Origin: an uncultured Clostridia bacterium
Lineage (GTDB): Bacteria; Bacillota; Clostridia; Oscillospirales; Acutalibacteraceae
NCBI GenBank assembly: GCA_937877675.1
Contig: CALEIS010000135.1
Location: 173,557 to 237,556 of the forward strand
Direction of reading: 5' to 3'
DNA length: 64,000 nt
Shown piece after piece: positions 58,024-64,000 of the stretch (positions are counted from its first letter, which is position 1; every line of letters begins with the position of its first letter). The position numbers and the translations under genes are program-made. A model generated the notes under the pieces. The model saw nothing but the letters and a program-made list of their open reading frames with translations. It made no database searches and was not told the DNA's origin.

Positions 58024-58485
58024 ATGAGAAATCATAGCCCTTTTTATTGTCTAATACCTGGCTCATTTCGTCCTCCTCATCAAGGACATTATGAGATGAT
58101 AAGTCATTACCAATCTCTTGCTAGTGAGGCAGGAGGTAAGGTGATTGTAATGGTGTCTAAACCATCTAAGAAGAATGAGAGATTGACAGGGAGTGGACAG
58201 GTAATTACTCCACAGTTTGCTAAGGAGAAGTTACATGAAATGTTTGGAGATAGTATTGAAGTAAGAATCTCTGAGCAAAGCCCTGTACGTGATTGTTATG
58301 AATTTGGTTCTGAGATTACGGAGGGAACTGTAATGTTTTGCTGTGCGAATAAGGATAAGGATATTGAGAGATTTGATATGATAAAGGATTACTATAAAAA
58401 GAAAAACCCCCACATTAAAGTGGAGGTTAGTCCTTTTGAGATTAAGACACAGATAAGTTCTAGTGAGATTAGAAGTAATATGTAA
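58024..58485 (+). CDS. cytidylyltransferase-superfamily (HxGH) nucleotidyltransferase
   Basis: GSFRPPHQGHYEMI near the N-terminus. 153 aa. Confidence 0.5.
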   Translation: MRNHSPFYCLIPGSFRPPHQGHYEMISHYQSLASEAGGKVIVMVSKPSKKNERLTGSGQVITPQFAKEKLHEMFGDSIEVRISEQSPVRDCYEFGSEITEGTVMFCCANKDKDIERFDMIKDYYKKKNPHIKVEVSPFEIKTQISSSEIRSNM

Positions 58486-61400
58486 TATTATCAGCAGTAT
58501 GTCGCCCTTCTGCACCCTACCATTCGATAAGGTCATATGATTTATTTTTATCAGTGAAAGTAAACCAATACATGATATAATCACCTGCACTAAAAGCCTA
58601 ATTCAACTACAATTGACCTGTACTCATAGGTATTGAACATTTCTTAGCATCCTGTGGTATGTATTTTACTACTTGTGTCTAATTACCTTTTTCATCCTAT
58701 TCAGTTACAATGGTCATTTTTACTAAAATGTAATTGATAGCCAAATTTGTCATATCTTTATAATGAATGTTACATTTTACACTGAAATATTTGTAAGGTG
58801 CTACATTCTTTACTTGGTATGAATAATCCATAGCTTGATTCGACTTCAATTTTACGTCTAATTGTGGAATGATTTGGTCACATGATGTATCATTTACATC
58901 CCAACCACATTTATATATTGAACTTGAAACATTATCAGTATTAGCCGAATGATAATCAATAGTCATCGTATATTTGCCAGGTTTTCTATATGGTATACTG
59001 ACACTAAAGTTTGAACGAATGTTGGATTGATATACTTCTTTACCTTGCTAATCATACAATTTACAAATTGCATCATTAGTATCTAAAATTTCAGATGGTG
59101 ATAAGATACCTTTCACGTCTATTCTCATATAGTCATAAGCACTCTAATAATTGGAGGAAACTTCTATATTTTTTTCTTTTAAGAAAGATTTAACATCTGT
59201 CAATTTTGTTGCAGTCCAAGTATCATCAAGGGTCTAAACACATGGCTAATAACGGAAGATTTTAGCATTTGTGTCAATGTCAGTATAACGACAACCTTTG
59301 AAAAGAATCTTTAGTTCATTATCATCTACTGAATAATAATTGGCATCCTTACCATAACTATAATATACATCATTAGTGTTATTTGGAGAAGTCCATTTAT
59401 ATGCTTTCTTTATATTATAAACACTTGTGTTTATCAATTCATAACCGTTTCTTTGAATATTATCTTTATCGAGATACACTTTAGACGATGAAATGTTTTC
59501 ATTTGTGGTGTCAATATTCAAAAAGTCTTCATATAAAGTAAGAGGTGTTCTAGTGATACAATATCTTCTAGGATATTGTTCTTTTCTTTTATATATTGAA
59601 TCTTTAGAATCGTATCCTACTGCACTAATATCAGAAGATTTCAAATCAATTATTCCATTCTAATCTGCTTCATATGCATAGTTTGTTTCTAATCCAAACT
59701 AACTAATAGGTAAATCAAATGAACCATCAATGTTTGGCGTAAATGATTTAGTTCCACATAAAATTTCCAAACCTCTTTCTGAGTTATCTTCGGAAAGATT
59801 TATTAGCCCTTTCATATATGGATAAAATCTATTACCTATCTTTTTCAAATATGATACAAAATTACTAATGGTAAGTCTAGGTACAGGATAATTGTATGTA
59901 TAATAATTGTTCTAAACTCCATCAATAACTTCTTTATACATTCTAATATCTTGTCTCTGACCAACATACTTATTCATTGGAATTATATGTCCAATCTCAA
60001 CCTTATAAATTCCATTAGGAATGCTTTCACAAGAAATTTTCTAACTAAAGTATCCATCGGTCGTTGGTTTATAATCATCAAAAGGTATCTTTTTATCGAC
60101 AATATAACTTATAACCTTTTCAGGATTTTTAGTAGACATTTGTGAAACACGATATAATACATCACCTCGCTCAGGTTCATTTGTTATCCTCCAAGAAGTT
60201 TCCATCTTTTTATTGTTTATTGAAACCATTGGCTAACTCACATTACCTACACTTGTGTATAATAATGTGACAGAAGGAATTTCTGCAATTTCAGAACCCT
60301 AATACACGTTGCTCTAATACATATCATCAGAACTTTTACATATTTCCTTTACTTCAACACTAAATGTATATTCTCCATTTGGTATTTCCCTAAATGGAAT
60401 TTTAGTCTAATAATATGTTTCTGAAATTTTATCTTCTTTGCCATTCTAATCAGTTATAATAACCTCTTCCGTTTTAGGATTTTCAAAGTTAAGGTCATAT
60501 GTTATCAATAATGGCTATAATTCTCTGAAATCATCAGCATGTTTTATATCAATACCACTGTTTGAATCATCATATTTGCTTGTTGTCAAATGCAATTTTG
60601 CATATTGCAAATGGTTAGGACAAGTGTCTTGTGGCAAGCAATATCTGAATATAATAACTTTGTCATCATTTTTACACTATGTTATTGGTGAAGATTGTGG
60701 CACTTCTAATTTATCAGGTTGAATACTTTCACTTGTCTTTTTATATACATACTGAGATACTCCTGATACACCATTGATACCTGTAACCTACATGTATATT
60801 TTGTAAATACCTGTCTCCAAGTTTTCCTTTATACCATTTACTACATTGTAAATCTTAAAACTTCTTTGATTCTAATTTCTCTAAATGTTTGAAACCTCAA
60901 CATCATCAGGACTACAAACTTTGTAACATTTTGGTATCCAATTACTTTCAATGTTTACATTTTTCTAATCAAATGAACAACTAAAACATGTATATTTTCT
61001 ATTAGGTTCATTCTCCTTTTCTTCAACCTATTCAACAATATCCACATTCAAAGCAATAATAGGTACATCTGACCAATTCCATATTATACTTTCTTCATTT
61101 ACAAACTCATCAGCATAATCCTAAGAAATATAATCGTCACTTATATAGACAATCTAATCCTATCCATAAATCTTTTTCCAATTCTTTACAGCGACTACAA
61201 TCAAACTATCATCTCTTTTATCATTGAGAACAAAACTACTTCTATTCTAATTTGAAACATTTGCACTCTTCAAATTGTACTAAATGCCTAAATCGTAAAA
61301 TGATTTATAAACGAGTTTATAAGGGATATATATTGTGACTCTATCATCGAAAGAACTATAAAAAGTGATTGCAATTTTTGGTAAAACTCTAACATCATCT

Positions 61401-61723
61401 GTCAAATAAACATTGAGTTTATCCACATTAAATGTATGTTTTACAATTTTCCAATTCTACTAATTGAAAATACCTAAAGAAGATGATGCTGAGTACAATT
61501 TTTTGATATACGTATCAGAAGTATTATCACCCCAATCAATTTTTACTTTGATAATTTCGACACCTTTAATCGAAGTATCGTTATTTTGAAAAACAACACC
61601 ATCAAAATCGAGAATGAACTCATCGTTATTGAAAATCTCAATAACACCTTTCATTATATTTTGTGTTTGACCATTTAGATAATCGGTCAATTGGTATTTT
61701 TTGACAATCTGTGCAGCACTCAT
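58469..61723 (-). CDS. large virion/fibre-like protein (1084 codons) with 32 in-frame TAG
   Basis: ATG at 61721-23. Every triplet was checked by hand: 32 cta (TAG) and no tta/tca until TAA 58469-71. The four track ORFs here all share this frame. Confidence 0.7.
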
Positions 61724-61736
61724 ATTTTTCTTTTAC

Positions 61737-62870
61737 TTATTTTACAACAAATCCCTTTGGTTTTTTATATCCAAAAATAGCATATGGTGTATACATACTA
61801 GAATCTGTATAATTGGAGTCCTACCAAAATCTTTGTAATTTACTCTTTGAACTTGATTCATTTGTTACTTTTGTTCTTATACTTGACGCATTCTATTCAG
61901 ACCAAGAATATGTTTTATTTTTATGGAAAGTAATCAAATACACAACGCCTTCCTCATACTAGTAATTATATAACTTAGGGAAGAACCATTCATATTTCTA
62001 ATTATTGCCATAATTACCTGTATTACGAGACACACATAACGGTGTTGAATTTTCAAGATAATAACTAATATCTGTTGGTATTACGTTACCTGCTGTTGTC
62101 TATCCCTCAATCACATTCTGACATTTTCTTATTACACAATATACATCACTAAAAGCCTAATTTGGGTCTTTCTTTATACTCAAATAATTTAACCCATCCA
62201 TTTTAGTATCTGTTGAGTTTGGTACATATGTAAACGCAGATATATTTTTATCTACTCCACTAAAAGTTGAACTAGCCATTGCATCATGTTCTTTCTAACA
62301 TTCCTAATTATATTCTATTGATAAAACATCTAACAACTAACGCAACTAGCATAATTCCTATTCAAAAAGAGAGTTACCACCTCCACCACCGATAATCGAA
62401 CTTATTTTTAGTAACTAAGATTCAACATAATCCTTAGATGCTATTGTATTTGTATTAACAGATATCTTTGGATTTTTATCTGAGTTAGATGTATCTACAA
62501 TTATACCTGTTCCTTGAACAATAGATTGAATACCATCACCTCCAGTATCATCATCACCCGAACCAGAAGCTTCATTAGTTATGGAAGTTGGTACATAAAT
62601 GTTATAATCAAGAGTTTGACCTTTCCATGTACCTGTCTAATGTTTTATTCTGGCAGTTCCTAAATGAATGTTTAGTGTATATGGGTCAATATATAACTGT
62701 GTTTTTATATTATTTGCTATACCTGGTGAGTTTATATATACATAGTTCAAATCATTTGAATTAGAAATCTAATTCTATACAGAATTTATAGAACCGTAAC
62801 TTTTACCTCCAAGATATAAGTCTGAAGGATAAACATCTGAACTTTTTATATTGACATCTTTTTCACTCAT
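61737..62870 (-). CDS. fibre-like protein (377 codons) with 15 in-frame TAG
   Basis: ATG at 62868-70, directly after the TAA of the upstream gene. 15 in-frame TAG, no TAA/TGA, TAA at 61737-39. No track ORF exists in this frame. Confidence 0.7.
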
Positions 62871-62872
62871 AA

Positions 62873-64000
62873 TTATACCTTGGTTATCTTAACAATAATA
62901 TCAGCAGAAAGCGAATGGAATACTTCTATTACGCATCTTTCATTTTCTACAACCGCAACTTCATATTTCACATCATCTTCACTTATTTCAGGATTCATTC
63001 TCTTACCATAACAAATTGACACATCACCATTATAATTTTCATCAAAATTGTTGATAACAATATATGTACTAGAGCCTATTTCAGGATTACTAAACCAGAA
63101 TGTATATTCAGGTGCTCCCTTTGGTACAAATTCAATGAAACCTTTCTGTTGTTCCATATCAATATCAAACTCAGTTTCTTCTGAAAGTGGAGTTGCATCT
63201 ATTGGTGTATTAGTATCAGTATCGTCATTTACAATATCAGGCTAGTAAACAGCATCTCCTGTTATAACTTCACCTTTAGCGTCATATGCTACTGAACACG
63301 ATGAATGAACAACAATATCTAATAATGAATCCTTGGTGTGTAAGAATTGAACGATACCTCTATAATTTGGTGGTACTATTAGTACAGGTTGGCAATAATT
63401 TCCATCTTCTGTGTACCATCCATAATACAATACGAAGTCTTGAGACGCTCTTGCAAATCTACGCCCCTAATTAGTAAACTACTTACCATTTTCATAAACA
63501 TATGGAAGACCTGTATTATCAACAACCACGTTAGTTATTGTGCCAGGTACAGGATTTTCAAAATAAATGTATTCTTCTGTATATCCACCACCTGAGTTGA
63601 TTTCAAGAAATCCTTGTTTATTTTTCAAATCAATAATTGTAGTTTCAGCGTTATTTACAGTATCAACAACTCGGTCTTTACCAACTATTAACTAACCTGA
63701 TTCATCAAAACATGCAGCTAATGCATAAGGTGCTATTTCATTTACAACAACTTCTTCAAATCCATCAGGAGGATTGACTGGAACATCAGGTGTTCCACCT
63801 CCACCCTGTCCCCACTAAGGGTCTTGTTTAATGGCAACAATAATGTCATCTCGAATGAGTTCATAGTTCATTCGTATGTTCATTGTTTTTTCAACACCAT
63901 TTTCGTCCTTATATTTCTTATATCCAACAAATACCATTTCGTCAGGTTTTGTGTTTCTTTCAAATTCAGAAAACTTTTTACGTGATATTGCTATTGGAAC
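62873..64000 (-). CDS. virion protein, 5' end outside window, with at least 5 in-frame TAG
   Basis: The frame is open from 64000 to TAA 62873-75, apart from TAGs at 63242, 63467, 63479, 63692 and 63815. Confidence 0.65.

Noticed and set aside
58469-64000. The fragmented ORFs at the right end could be decayed pseudogenes.
   Set aside because: All 52 interruptions are TAG. No TAA or TGA occurs in more than 1,800 codons, the frames are maintained, and gene boundaries (TAA followed closely by ATG) are intact. Random decay would not be codon-specific.

Overview
This is a minus-strand-dominated, AT-rich 64-kb segment of a large tailed dsDNA phage. There are no cellular housekeeping genes and almost no Shine-Dalgarno sequences.

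Main contents:
- Virion and tail-fibre genes at both ends.
- A T4-like head module: prohead protease, scaffold and a gp23-like capsid protein.
- A DNA-modification island: six DNA methyltransferases plus a Mom-like gene.
- Anaerobic ribonucleotide reductase (a split NrdD plus NrdG).
- A cluster of RNA ligase, nucleotidyltransferase and phosphoesterase genes.
- An endolysin.
- A roughly 16-kb tRNA region (20.8-36.1 kb) with about 33 tRNA or tRNA-like genes, all on the minus strand. It covers all 20 amino acids, an initiator, and an amber-suppressor tRNA(CUA). One tRNA carries a group I intron, and three homing-endonuclease-like genes are interspersed.

Most notable observations:
1. TAG is used as a sense codon. 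By hand count there are 69 in-frame TAGs in 13 genes. 52 of them lie in three adjacent genes at 58.5-64 kb, and one lies in the major capsid gene. TAG is never the final stop of a gene.
2. A Ro60-like (DUF2828 + vWA/MIDAS) gene is embedded in the tRNA array. It is flanked by five paralogous 'ACAGCAAAU-box' ncRNAs. Two of them contain circularly permuted tRNA mimics like the bacterial Y RNA YrlA.
3. A highly conserved TTGACA-N16/17-TATAAT cassette occurs 13 times. It is often only 6-9 nt from the ATG, which implies leaderless mRNAs.
4. nrdD is split. Its glycyl-radical tail is a separate 58-aa ORF beyond an inserted methyltransferase gene.

All RNA folds, codon counts and coordinates were derived by eye. 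Expect errors of +/-1-2 nt. No database search was run.
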